A stretch of DNA of 64,000 bases from Candidatus Bathyarchaeia archaeon (GTDB lineage: Archaea; Thermoproteota; CALKCG01; B24). The position numbers were made by a program, and so were the translations under genes. How positions within the stretch are numbered: position 1 is the first letter of the stretch; each line of letters starts with the position of its first letter. The notes beneath the pieces were generated by a model. It was not told the origin of the DNA and did not search any database. It worked only from the letters and a program-made list of their open reading frames with translations. Positions 1 to 9,772 of the stretch are shown one piece after another. Where the stretch lies: NCBI GenBank assembly GCA_038870975.1, contig JAVZJD010000001.1, forward strand, positions 704,001 through 768,000, in the 5' to 3' direction.

Positions 1-441
1 TTAGCGTTATCGAATATTAAATCCAAGTTAGAAATGTATCCCAGTATTATGATTATCTATCCGGCGATTATAGATACACTCGGCGACTTCGGCGCATCTA
101 TGGGCTCCATTTTTACAACAAGACTTTCTGAAGGATCCATTAGTCCCAGGCTCTCTCTAAGCCTCTTAGAATTTTACGAGACGATTCAAATGTGGCTTTC
201 AGCTCTAGTATACTTCATGGTTTATGCCTGTATAGCTTTCGTAAATGGCTTTCAAGGCTTTCATGCGATAATGCTGTGTTTCATATTATCTTCTCCAGCA
301 ATCTTGTTTATTTGTAGATTATCTGCTGTTGGGGTCTTCAAAAGGAATTTAGATCCAGATAACTTTGTAATACCGTTTGAAACAACACTTAGTGATTTTT
401 TAGGTACAGTCCTCCTAAGCTTTTTCCTAGGGATCATTTAA
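1..441 (+). CDS. MgtE/SLC41-family divalent cation transporter, C-terminal part (5' truncated by window)
   Basis: Frame open from base 1. Hydrophobic, with DTLGDFG and DPDNFVIPFETTLSD motifs typical of the MgtE membrane domain. Confidence 0.75.
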   Translation, partial: LALSNIKSKLEMYPSIMIIYPAIIDTLGDFGASMGSIFTTRLSEGSISPRLSLSLLEFYETIQMWLSALVYFMVYACIAFVNGFQGFHAIMLCFILSSPAILFICRLSAVGVFKRNLDPDNFVIPFETTLSDFLGTVLLSFFLGII

Positions 442-442
442 A

Positions 443-1021
443 TTATTCAATATCCTCAGCCTCTTCTTCAGCCTCTTCCAGTATTTCTATACCTTCTCTA
501 TAGCCCGATAAAAGCAATAAATCGCCTTTTTCCAATTGAACATCCTCATTGGGGTCGTAAATCCAAACATCCCTATGTCTGACGGCTAAAACCCTAACGC
601 CTATTCTATCGTCAAACGATAAGTCGCCTATACGTTTCCCTAAAAATACAGAATCCTCATCTACTTTTACGATTAAGACTTGTTCGTTCGTTTCTTCTCC
701 GGCAAGCTCTAAAACTGGATGCGTCTCTTCCCCTCTTAAAACAGTGAACGCTAAATCTTTAGCAAAATCACTGATCCTTTCCATAGATTCTACGAGAAGC
801 ATAACCGCCATAGCTGTTTCAGCTCCAATTTTCTCTGCCTGCTCAATCAGAAGCCTTTGAAGTTCAACTCTAAGCTTATCGATTTCCTCCTCAAACTTTA
901 AAACACCTTTAGCTAAAGACTTTGACTCGTATAGAATACTAGAGTATGCTAAGTACAATGCGATCTCGCTTTTATCTTTAATCTCTCTAAGTTTCTCACT
1001 TACCTCCTGGTATATGGACAA
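443..1021 (-). CDS. PhoU-like + TrkA-C (RCK_C) domain protein
   Basis: Helical LAYSSILY...ERISDFAKDLA PhoU-like segment followed by RCK_C (GVRVLAVR...GDLLLLSG). Confidence 0.8.
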   Translation of the reverse strand: MSIYQEVSEKLREIKDKSEIALYLAYSSILYESKSLAKGVLKFEEEIDKLRVELQRLLIEQAEKIGAETAMAVMLLVESMERISDFAKDLAFTVLRGEETHPVLELAGEETNEQVLIVKVDEDSVFLGKRIGDLSFDDRIGVRVLAVRHRDVWIYDPNEDVQLEKGDLLLLSGYREGIEILEEAEEEAEDIE

Positions 1022-1621
1022 CTATATTCCTCCAGCATAAGTTTTTAAACAGGCTAAAGCATCCGTTGTACCTCTAACAACTAATATATCGCCTGACTTC
1101 AACTCGAATTTACTACTTGGATTTATCACCCATCTGTTATTCCTCTTGACACCTATGACGTCAAACCCCACACCGCTTGCTATCAAAGCGTTCTCAATGG
1201 TCAATCCCTCAAGACGACTTCCCTTCATAATTTGAATTACGCTGACGCTCTCATCAGCCTTCATAAATCCTTCTTTAATCTTATGGTGGATCCTCATCTT
1301 CTCCAGAACTATCTTAGCTATTTCAATGGCCTCATAAGCTACCATAGTGGCTACATCCGTAATCTTAAAAACCGATATTGCTTTTTCAGCACTGGCAAGG
1401 CTTCTAACAGCAAGGCTCATATGGATAATGATCGCCTTTTTCAAGTCGTTTACACTCTGTTCTAAATCTAGAACTTGCTTTGCGACCTCTTCATCATCAT
1501 ACATTATTGAGGCATAAGCTAAATCCAACATTAGACTTGAAAGATTTATAAGGTCTTTCAGCGAGTCTTTAACACCCCTCGGTTGAACAGCCTCCTCTAA
1601 CTGCTTCAATTTACGTTCCAA
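1022..1621 (-). CDS. PhoU-like + TrkA-C domain protein (paralog)
   Basis: LMLDLAYASIMY; C-terminal VIGVKR...GDILVVRG. Confidence 0.8.
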   Translation of the reverse strand: MERKLKQLEEAVQPRGVKDSLKDLINLSSLMLDLAYASIMYDDEEVAKQVLDLEQSVNDLKKAIIIHMSLAVRSLASAEKAISVFKITDVATMVAYEAIEIAKIVLEKMRIHHKIKEGFMKADESVSVIQIMKGSRLEGLTIENALIASGVGFDVIGVKRNNRWVINPSSKFELKSGDILVVRGTTDALACLKTYAGGI

Positions 1622-1740
1622 TTACAATAAATATAAGCAGTCCAGCTATTAAAAATTTCTAAGGCTACGTGGAAAATATAAGGCAAAGCCGTACTTAAAC
1701 GGTAGCTTTCCCATAAATCTCACTCAATCTTTTAAATTTT

Positions 1741-4536
1741 TCACCAGTAATCCCTCGTTTCAAGATATTCTTTCATAGCTTCTTGAAGGCTCTGCATGAA
1801 ACTTTTATGGTCCTTATGGGGTTTAGCTAGTATTTGATGGGCCGTTAGAGGCCCAATTCCCTTGACGGCTAAGGCTATGGCTGCCTTTTTTCCATATATC
1901 GATAATAGGTTTGAACTCATCTCGGCGCGAGCAATTAAATCTTCCTCCTCCTCGGTTAAACCCAATCCTTGCTTCAACTTTCTAATGGCCTTTAAGACTT
2001 CATCTATACGCCACTTTACTATTGTTATTCTTCTCGAGTTACACTTATTGCAATTTACATACTCTGGTAGTTCTTTGATAGTGGCTCTACGTGTATTTAA
2101 ACAATCGAGGCATAGAAGCGTTATCATCCTATTCATAACTCTATCTTCAAAATAGTCTAGGCTTTCTGTAACCGGTACTTCTCCAACTTCTACTATAGGC
2201 ATAGCCATCGGTGTAGGTTTTTCGCCTCTATAGATCGATATTTTAACGGCCCCGTTTTTAAGCTTGTTTAAAAGCTTGGAAAAATGTTTTACATCGTAGT
2301 GTGTAGATAATTGAAATCTAAAGGCCTCTTCATGTACAGGTGTATCTTTAAATAGCTCTGAAAGAGTCATTAAGAAACTTGCTGACTTGTAATAGAGGTT
2401 CTTAGGGATTGCGTCGAATTTAACGGCTACGTGTCTAATTACATAAGGGTCTGTATGTTCTTTAAGTATTTTTAAAGACTCATTAAAACTTAATTGTTTA
2501 AGCATGTCAGCGATCGACGATGGATCTATTGGGCTGGAGAGAATAAACAAAATTCTATACGCATCGCATCTTGTTATACATTCCTCTTTAAACTTCTGTT
2601 TGATTTTTTCCGTTAAAACCTTTGCTAAAATCTTGTTAACTCCATGGCCAAAACACGAATGAACTACTACATAACGGTCAAACCCCTCTACCAAGAGAGT
2701 GCTATCAGATGGTACTATGGCAACCCTAAGTTGTTCTTCAAAAACCTTTAAAACATCTAAAATGGGCGCTTTTTCTACGTTGAATTCCTCGGCAAGCTTA
2801 GTTGCTATTTCTTCAATCGTACTTACGCTGAGCAACTCAGCGATACGTCTTCTAAGTATGCCAACTGTTAACGCGACTTGATGACTTGTAGGTAGGACCT
2901 CACCTTCCCATCCAGGTATGGCTGCTATGAAATCGTCCGTAGGTTTAACATAAACCCTATCCCCTTCTATCGCCTTAATTATCCACGGTCTCCCCCTAAG
3001 GATGACTTTAACGCCTGGTTTTCCATACTCTGAGAAGAAGTCTTCCCCTAGATAAGCAATTTCCTCTCCATTCTCCAGGTTGTAAACTGGAAACTTAAGC
3101 TCCTCAGGTATTGTGGACAAATGTCTATAGTAGTAGGCTTTAGTTCTCCTACTTGAGACTACGCAATCATTCTGAAGCTTTAACAATCCCAGTCTATCCA
3201 TATATGTTAAAAGTTTTTCGAACAACTGCTTGCTTAAACCTCTATATGGGTAGCTTCGCCTTATGATTGCCAATGCTTCATCTTGCTTAATTCTACCTCC
3301 ATTTTCTAACACTATGCCTGCTACTTGATGCGCCAAAACATCTAAAGCCCCACTATGAATTTTAACTTCTTCAAGCCGCCGCCTAACTGCAAGCATTTGG
3401 ATCGCTAAGCTTTCCAACAGATCGTCTAAACCAGCTGAAATTATGATGCCTTTAGAAGTTCTCTCTAAACTATGACCACTCCTACCAGTCCTCTGTAGGA
3501 AAGATGTCACCTGCCTAGGAGAGAGATATTGAATAGTTAGATTTACGTATCCTACGTCTATTCCCAATTCTAAGCTACTCGTACATACCACGGCTGGTAT
3601 TAACCCCTGTTTAAGCAACGCCTCAGCATGTTCTCTAACAGTTTTAGAAAGTGAACTGTGATGTGTTGAAGTTTCAAGCCCCATAAGTCTAAATCTACTA
3701 CTCAAATATTCAGCATACTCTCGGCAGTTTGTAAAGACCAAGGTTGGTTTGTATTTTTCTATAAGCTTAGCCATAAGCCTAATTCTAGCGGCTGTTTCAG
3801 GCTTCGTTTGAAGCTTCATGGCTAGCTCAAAATCTTCAGACTTAGGTTTAGGTGCTTCAACTTTGAATTCGTAGGATTTAGGCGTTTCATCGATTACTAC
3901 TTTCATCTGTCTACTTGAACCCGCGAGAAACTTAGCTACGAGCTTAGGATTCTGAACAGTCGCAGAAAGTCCTATAATCTGCAGGTTATATGCAATATTC
4001 TTCAATCTTTCAAGACCTACTGTAAGCTGAACACCCCGTTTACTCTCTAGAAGGTTATGAACTTCATCCACTATAATCCAACGTACCCTGCTCAACCATC
4101 TTCTCATCCCGGAAGATACGAGAATTGCTTGTAGCGTTTCAGGCGTCGTTATAAGTACTTCAGGCGGTTCTTTACCTTGAATCCGTCTAATACTCCTTGG
4201 AGTATCTCCATGTCTGACGTCAACTGAAACTTCGACTTCACGGCAGAGCCTTATAAGTCTCTTGTAAATATCTCTATTAAGTGCCCTCAGCGGAGTAATA
4301 TAGATTATGTATATCCCACTAGAAACGTCGCTCTCTCTCAGCTTTAAATACATACTTAAAACTGGTAGAAAAGCAGCCTCCGTTTTACCAGAACCCGTAG
4401 GTGCTACTATGAGAAGGTTTTCACCACGTAAGATTAACGGTATACTCTGATTCTGAACAGCAGTATAGCTGTCAAATAGCTTCGGTATTGATGGATGCAA
4501 TTGGAAACTCAATAATACTTCTCCCCGACCTCTCAA
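1741..4536 (-). CDS. lhr: Lhr-family DEAD/DEAH SF2 helicase
   Basis: APTGSGKT, TPLRALNRD, TTPETL, DEVH, SLELGID, QRTGRSGH; C-terminal CxxC...CxxC. Confidence 0.9.
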   Translation of the reverse strand: MRGRGEVLLSFQLHPSIPKLFDSYTAVQNQSIPLILRGENLLIVAPTGSGKTEAAFLPVLSMYLKLRESDVSSGIYIIYITPLRALNRDIYKRLIRLCREVEVSVDVRHGDTPRSIRRIQGKEPPEVLITTPETLQAILVSSGMRRWLSRVRWIIVDEVHNLLESKRGVQLTVGLERLKNIAYNLQIIGLSATVQNPKLVAKFLAGSSRQMKVVIDETPKSYEFKVEAPKPKSEDFELAMKLQTKPETAARIRLMAKLIEKYKPTLVFTNCREYAEYLSSRFRLMGLETSTHHSSLSKTVREHAEALLKQGLIPAVVCTSSLELGIDVGYVNLTIQYLSPRQVTSFLQRTGRSGHSLERTSKGIIISAGLDDLLESLAIQMLAVRRRLEEVKIHSGALDVLAHQVAGIVLENGGRIKQDEALAIIRRSYPYRGLSKQLFEKLLTYMDRLGLLKLQNDCVVSSRRTKAYYYRHLSTIPEELKFPVYNLENGEEIAYLGEDFFSEYGKPGVKVILRGRPWIIKAIEGDRVYVKPTDDFIAAIPGWEGEVLPTSHQVALTVGILRRRIAELLSVSTIEEIATKLAEEFNVEKAPILDVLKVFEEQLRVAIVPSDSTLLVEGFDRYVVVHSCFGHGVNKILAKVLTEKIKQKFKEECITRCDAYRILFILSSPIDPSSIADMLKQLSFNESLKILKEHTDPYVIRHVAVKFDAIPKNLYYKSASFLMTLSELFKDTPVHEEAFRFQLSTHYDVKHFSKLLNKLKNGAVKISIYRGEKPTPMAMPIVEVGEVPVTESLDYFEDRVMNRMITLLCLDCLNTRRATIKELPEYVNCNKCNSRRITIVKWRIDEVLKAIRKLKQGLGLTEEEEDLIARAEMSSNLLSIYGKKAAIALAVKGIGPLTAHQILAKPHKDHKSFMQSLQEAMKEYLETRDYW

Positions 4537-4566
4537 GAAACTTAGAGAAAGCAGATAAAAACGTTT

Positions 4567-5643
4567 TTAAGCTTTTTCTCTAGTTTTCTCAGCTCTATCC
4601 CATTTCACTTTAGCTACTCTAATCAGACTTTTTAAGCCTTGTTCACTGATTTCCTCAGCTTGTATGGCCTTTAATTCTAAGGCCCTTCTAAAGATCTTCT
4701 CACCAGTGTCCGTTCTAATTATAACAGTTGAGAATCCAGGTTTAGACCCTATACCGCCAACCGATACATCCGCCAGTCTGGCTGTTAAATCTAAGCAACT
4801 TGCACATCCCTTTCTACTGTACTTATCTAGCTCTTTAACACTAACCGAGATGAGATTTTCACCGTTTTCACCATAAGCATTAAACTTTCCACCAGATATA
4901 TCGAACTTAAAAACAGCCTCTGGTTTAATCCCTCTACTAAGCAGAAACTCCGATATGAGGTTGTAATTGAAATTCTCCATACAAAATAAACCTATTATGA
5001 GCTTAGCAGCCTCTCCAAGTTTTCGATGTCCCATGCTCGTCAACTGCATCTTCCTCACACTTAAAACTTGACACGGTGTCCCTACAAAAGCTATCCTATT
5101 CCGCATGTATTCATAAAATGCTGAAGCTAAAGCCATAACCATAGGACAATACGTATACTTCGATCCAGCTGCCTCCAACACTTCTTGGAAAGTAAAAGCC
5201 ACTCTAGCTTCAGGCATCCAACCCTTTAACCTATCTGCCATAGCTACTGTAGCGCAATCAACCCACTTTTCTTCTAAGGCTATTTTAAGTAGAGTGGTAA
5301 CAACCCCTCCGTTTGCAGCTTTAGATTGTATCTTTTCATCGGTAGCTTTAACCGTATATATGGCTTTATAGAAACCTACTGGATTTACAATATCCCCCTC
5401 ATTTCTGTAGAACTCTTTTTCAAGCTCTTTTAAAGTCGGTCTGATTTTAGGACATTGATAGTAACATAGTTGACATAATATGCATCTACCAGTAAGTGCC
5501 GGCCATCCATCTTTTACACTTATCGCTTTAACCGGGCAAACAGACATACAAGCGCCACAGAATATACACTCCTCTTGTTTAATCACTTCTTTAACGAGTT
5601 GACTAAATACTTTAAGCGTCTTAGTTTCAGTTGGAAGAGTCAC
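4567..5643 (-). CDS. F420-dependent hydrogenase/dehydrogenase beta subunit (FrhB/FpoF-like) with N-terminal 2x[4Fe-4S]
   Basis: CIFCGACMSVCP and CILCQLCYYQCP; GGVVT, GSKY, VGTPCQ, IGLFCMENF, CASCLD..A.LADVSVG. Confidence 0.85.
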   Translation of the reverse strand: MTLPTETKTLKVFSQLVKEVIKQEECIFCGACMSVCPVKAISVKDGWPALTGRCILCQLCYYQCPKIRPTLKELEKEFYRNEGDIVNPVGFYKAIYTVKATDEKIQSKAANGGVVTTLLKIALEEKWVDCATVAMADRLKGWMPEARVAFTFQEVLEAAGSKYTYCPMVMALASAFYEYMRNRIAFVGTPCQVLSVRKMQLTSMGHRKLGEAAKLIIGLFCMENFNYNLISEFLLSRGIKPEAVFKFDISGGKFNAYGENGENLISVSVKELDKYSRKGCASCLDLTARLADVSVGGIGSKPGFSTVIIRTDTGEKIFRRALELKAIQAEEISEQGLKSLIRVAKVKWDRAEKTREKA

Positions 5644-5740
5644 ATCTTTAAATCAAGAGAGTAAAGATTTAAAGATTAAGACACCCCCATTTAGAGAGAG
5701 GAAAAATCTTAAATTAAGAAACATTTTTTCTATATTTGTC

Positions 5741-6079
5741 ATGTCTATCAATGAACTCGTGACCAGCCCAGTAATAATATTCATGCTTTCACTTATAGTA
5801 GCTTGGATTTTGTACACCATAGGCGGTTCGGTAGCTGTTAAATCTAAGCGTAGTTTAAACAAGTCTAAACCGTATGCGTGTGGTCAGGATGTTCCAGCCG
5901 AAAGAACCCCAGTTGTCATATGGCTTTTTAAGTTTGCAACGGCTTTCTTAGTAATCGACATAGTAGCGTATTTGCTCATCTTAAGCATGGGGTCTCCCCT
6001 TGCGAGCCCGGTGAGAGAGTTGATTCTAGCCTATGGCATTGTAACGTTAATAGCTTTAATTACCATAATAAGAAGGTGA
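5741..6079 (+). CDS. nuoA: Complex I-like membrane subunit A
   Basis: Three TM segments, KSKPYACG loop, FLVIDI. Confidence 0.8.
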   Translation: MSINELVTSPVIIFMLSLIVAWILYTIGGSVAVKSKRSLNKSKPYACGQDVPAERTPVVIWLFKFATAFLVIDIVAYLLILSMGSPLASPVRELILAYGIVTLIALITIIRR

Positions 6080-6155
6080 TTTGTGTGAAAAGGGTCGTAG
6101 CAGTGACTTCGGTCGACGCCTGTACCTTAGAACTAGGAATAGCCATTGAGATAGG

Positions 6156-7127
6156 GTGTTTCACATGTTGTTTGAATACCTATTAAGCGTTTTTATATTT
6201 CCAGGCTTTCTATTCATAATCCTTATTGCCTTCATATGCGAGTGGATAGACCGTAAACTGTACGCCGCTTTTCAAAATAGAGTCGGACCATGGGTTACTG
6301 GTCCATCGGGTCTGCTCCAACCAATCGCAGACTTCATAAAACTCTTAACCAAGGAGGATATAATACCTGAGGGAGCAGATGCTCTTATTTTCCGTGCCGT
6401 GCCAGTATTCGCACTTGCTTTGGTATTCACATGTAGCCTATTCCTACCCATTTCTAATTTAATGGGCCTATTATCATTCGAGGGTGATTTGATAATCGCA
6501 ATAACGTTGATGACGCTGTTGTCCATAGTATTCTTCTACGCCGGGCTTTCATCATCCAGCCGTTTTTCCATACTTGGTGCTGAAAGGTCTATGTTACAGC
6601 TTCTAAGCTATGAAATACCCTTCATGTTTTCGATGACGAGTGTAGCCGTTTCCACTGGTTCACTGAGTATATTTGGAGTCGTAGAAGCTCAGAAAGATAG
6701 ATGGCTAATAATGGGACCCAACGTGCTAAGTTTCATAATTTTCCTCTTAGCAGCTCAAGCCGAACTTGAGCGTATACCATTTGATATACCTGAAGCTGAG
6801 ACCGAAATTGTAGCTGGATGGTTAACGGAGTTTTCAGGGCGTAAGCTAGCGTTGCTTCGCTTGACAAAAAACGTGGAGCTCTTCTACTTGTCTGGTTTAG
6901 CGTCTTCGCTCTTCTTAGGAGGCCCCTTAGGGCCTGTGATTCATGGCTTAGAATCGTTGCTTTACCCGGCTTATTTTATCGTTAAATCGCTCATAATATT
7001 GTTCTTCTTATCGACATTGAGGTCGATCTTTGCAAGGCTTAGAATAGATGAAGCAGTTAACTTTCTTTGGAAGTATGTAATTCCTCTATCCGTTTTACAG
7101 TTTCTACTCGTGAGGGTGGCTGTCTAG
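6156..7127 (+). CDS. nuoH: Complex I-like membrane subunit H
   Basis: DRKLYAAFQNRVGP, GLLQPIADFIKLLTKE, SYEIP, RIPFDIPEAETEIVAG, ARLRID. Confidence 0.92.
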   Translation: MFHMLFEYLLSVFIFPGFLFIILIAFICEWIDRKLYAAFQNRVGPWVTGPSGLLQPIADFIKLLTKEDIIPEGADALIFRAVPVFALALVFTCSLFLPISNLMGLLSFEGDLIIAITLMTLLSIVFFYAGLSSSSRFSILGAERSMLQLLSYEIPFMFSMTSVAVSTGSLSIFGVVEAQKDRWLIMGPNVLSFIIFLLAAQAELERIPFDIPEAETEIVAGWLTEFSGRKLALLRLTKNVELFYLSGLASSLFLGGPLGPVIHGLESLLYPAYFIVKSLIILFFLSTLRSIFARLRIDEAVNFLWKYVIPLSVLQFLLVRVAV

Positions 7128-7176
7128 TATGTGCTATATAGTAAGTGGAAGAATTGTTGGGTGGTGATTATAAGTT

Positions 7177-7434
7177 ATGGAGCCTTTAGTTGAGCCAGTT
7201 GCGGTACACGTGTTAGTAGTTGTAGTCGCAGTAATAGTTGCTCTAATAGCAGTTGAAGCTAAAGATATCCTGAGAGCGCTTATAGGTTTTGTGTTATTGA
7301 GCCTCTCGCTAAGCATAGCCTTCTACATGCTAGGTGCTCCTTACGTCTCTGTATTCCAACTTGCCATATATGCAGGAGCAATAGTTGTCCTATTCATAAC
7401 AGCTTTACATACGATGAGGAGGATGAAATTGTGA
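7177..7434 (+). CDS. nuoJ: Complex I-like subunit J, N-terminal half
   Basis: LGAPYVSVFQLAIYAGAIVVL. Confidence 0.8.
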   Translation: MEPLVEPVAVHVLVVVVAVIVALIAVEAKDILRALIGFVLLSLSLSIAFYMLGAPYVSVFQLAIYAGAIVVLFITALHTMRRMKL

Positions 7435-7730
7435 ATTTTCAAGAAGCTAGATTTTTTGAGGTGTTTACAGCCCTTGCAGTTGTTTTATTAGTGTTCATAC
7501 TGGTGTTCTTTTCAATGAATTTGGCGGAATTTTTCTCCTCTATAGGGTACAGACCTTCACTAACGCTTGAGAAGTTTCCCTCCTTCATATGGACATATAG
7601 AGGTTTAGACATGTTAGCCCAAGTATTTACGCTCTTAGCAACAGCATTGGGAGTTGTAGCGCTCTTGAGAGAAGACGAAGGACCCGGTGTAGAAGAGGAA
7701 CCGGCAGTTGAAGTTGGAGAGGAGGGTTAA
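7431..7730 (+). CDS. Complex I-like subunit J C-terminal half / MnhB-like
   Basis: IWTYRGLDMLAQ motif; lies between J-N and K. Confidence 0.65.
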   Translation: MNFQEARFFEVFTALAVVLLVFILVFFSMNLAEFFSSIGYRPSLTLEKFPSFIWTYRGLDMLAQVFTLLATALGVVALLREDEGPGVEEEPAVEVGEEG

Positions 7731-7733
7731 ACG

Positions 7734-8054
7734 ATGCAGAATGTATCTCAAATTCAATCGATCTACATGACTGCTGTAATTGTACTGATTGCCATAGGGT
7801 TGTACTGCATAATTTCTAAAAGAGAGCTTCTCAAAATAGTCATCGGGATAGAAATACTAACTTCTGCTGTAAACCTGAACATCATAATTATGGGTTTAGG
7901 TGACTCTGGGGTTGATGTTTTAGCGCAATCTATGGTGGTCATTTCAATGGGTATAGGTGCCTGTATAGCCGCCGTCGCATTAGTCCTTGTAGTTGATGTT
8001 TTCCGCCACTACCGTACGACGGATGTTAGAAAGCTTAGAAGATTGAGGTGGTAA
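7734..8054 (+). CDS. nuoK: Complex I-like subunit K (MnhC-like)
   Basis: IGLYCIISKRELLKIVIGIEIL; C-terminal T.DVRKLRRLRW. Confidence 0.85.
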   Translation: MQNVSQIQSIYMTAVIVLIAIGLYCIISKRELLKIVIGIEILTSAVNLNIIIMGLGDSGVDVLAQSMVVISMGIGACIAAVALVLVVDVFRHYRTTDVRKLRRLRW

Positions 8055-9646
8055 AAGTGGTTCAACTAGTCATGTACCCAGTTATTGTCCTCCTAGCTTC
8101 AGCCGCCTCAATGCCTATAGTAAAGATTCTAGAAGAAAAGCTTAAGTTTAAGCGGCTAAAGGAAATGTTGGCAACGTTTTCCCTAGCACTATGCTTAATC
8201 CTCCTCTTAACGTTGCATGAGCAGGTTTTAAGAGAAGGACATCTTGAATCCTATTTACCTGGTTTTAGCCTTCCTTTTGGAGTGCAACTTTACGTTGACG
8301 AGCTCAGCATATATATGGCTATAATTTTCTGTGGAATAGGGTTATTAGCCGCTATATTCTCCTACCGTTACATGGAGGTTGATACTGGGCTCGACAAGTA
8401 CTATGGCCTACTCCTAACGCTTACTAGTGGTATGATCGGTGTAGCCTTTGCCGGGGATCTCTTTAACCTGTACGTGTTCTGGGAGCTCATGTGTATAAGC
8501 TCCTACTCTCTAGTCTCATTTAGGAAATACCGCTGGGAGGCTGTGGAAGCTGGCTTTAAATACCTAACCATGAGTACTATAGGCTCTTTAATTTCTCTTT
8601 ATGGGATATCATTAATCTACGGATGTTTTAAAACGTTAAATATGCGTGATATAGCGTTAAGGCTTTCATATGCTCAAAACATGTTTGAACGATCCAACGT
8701 ATTGCCTCTACACTTAGCCGTGGTCTTCATAATATGTGGTTTCGCCGTTACAGCTGCTCTTGTACCTTTTCATACGTGGCTTCCAGATGCACATCCAGCC
8801 GCTCCAGCATCTATAAGCGCAATGTTATCTGGCGTCGTTATAAAGACTGGTATTTACGCGATGAGCCGTATACTTTTCACATCGTTTAGCTTAGTACCAA
8901 TTGGAAGCGCCTCCAGTACCCATCCAGTTCCCATTATCGACTATGGGCTTGTACTTATCGTACTTGGGGTTTTAACGATAACGATTGCCAATATTATGGT
9001 TATTCAACAGAAGGATCTCAAAAGATTTCTAGCGTTCTCTAGCATAGTAAACATGGGGTATATTGCATTTGGTTTCGGTATAGCTGCCTATTTACTCTAC
9101 CATTATCCCGGGCAGTATCATGCCTTCAAGTTAGCAGCCACAGCAGCCTCTGGAGCAATTATGCATATTTTGAATCATGCAATTGGTAAGAGCCTCCTCT
9201 TCCTCTATTCAGGCTGTATTGTTCATGAAGCTAAAACGAGAGATATCTCTAAGATAGAAGGCATAGGTCGTAAAATGCCCATAACAGGTATATCGTCATC
9301 CATTGGTTTATTCCACTTAGCTGGGATCCCTCCACTCGCAGGTTTTTGGAGTAAGTTTCTCATAGTATGGGGTGGTTTAGGGTTCCTCGAAGACACCTTT
9401 CTCGTCGGGTCAACAGTAATCATAGTTTTGAATAGTGTCTACGCAGCTGGCTATTATGTGTGGTTGGTACAGAGAATAATGTTAAATAAGCCATCTACAG
9501 TGGTTGAAAAAGTCCATGAAGCACCTACTAACATGGTGATGCCGGTCGTAATACTCTCAACCGTATGCATTTGCCTAACCGTACTACTTCCATGGCTAAT
9601 TCCCATAATTGAGAAGGCAACTTTAGCCCTACTAATGGGTGGATAA
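8048..9646 (+). CDS. Antiporter-like subunit (NuoN/MrpD family)
   Basis: DLFNLYVFWELM, EAGFKYL, PFHTWLPDAHP, KRFLAFSS, GIPPLAGFWSK. Confidence 0.88.
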   Translation: MVKVVQLVMYPVIVLLASAASMPIVKILEEKLKFKRLKEMLATFSLALCLILLLTLHEQVLREGHLESYLPGFSLPFGVQLYVDELSIYMAIIFCGIGLLAAIFSYRYMEVDTGLDKYYGLLLTLTSGMIGVAFAGDLFNLYVFWELMCISSYSLVSFRKYRWEAVEAGFKYLTMSTIGSLISLYGISLIYGCFKTLNMRDIALRLSYAQNMFERSNVLPLHLAVVFIICGFAVTAALVPFHTWLPDAHPAAPASISAMLSGVVIKTGIYAMSRILFTSFSLVPIGSASSTHPVPIIDYGLVLIVLGVLTITIANIMVIQQKDLKRFLAFSSIVNMGYIAFGFGIAAYLLYHYPGQYHAFKLAATAASGAIMHILNHAIGKSLLFLYSGCIVHEAKTRDISKIEGIGRKMPITGISSSIGLFHLAGIPPLAGFWSKFLIVWGGLGFLEDTFLVGSTVIIVLNSVYAAGYYVWLVQRIMLNKPSTVVEKVHEAPTNMVMPVVILSTVCICLTVLLPWLIPIIEKATLALLMGG

Positions 9647-9772
9647 TCGATGTTAACCAATATATTGACTAAAGTAGTTAAAAGACCAGCTAACTCGTGG
9701 TGGTTTTGGTCGGAGTACACGACCAGCCATCAATTACTGGCTTGACTTTAACAATAATCTTAAATATCTTTC

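Noticed and set aside
5653-5862. 69-aa minus-strand ORF upstream of the FrhB-like gene
   Set aside because: Overlaps nuoA antisense and the divergent promoter region
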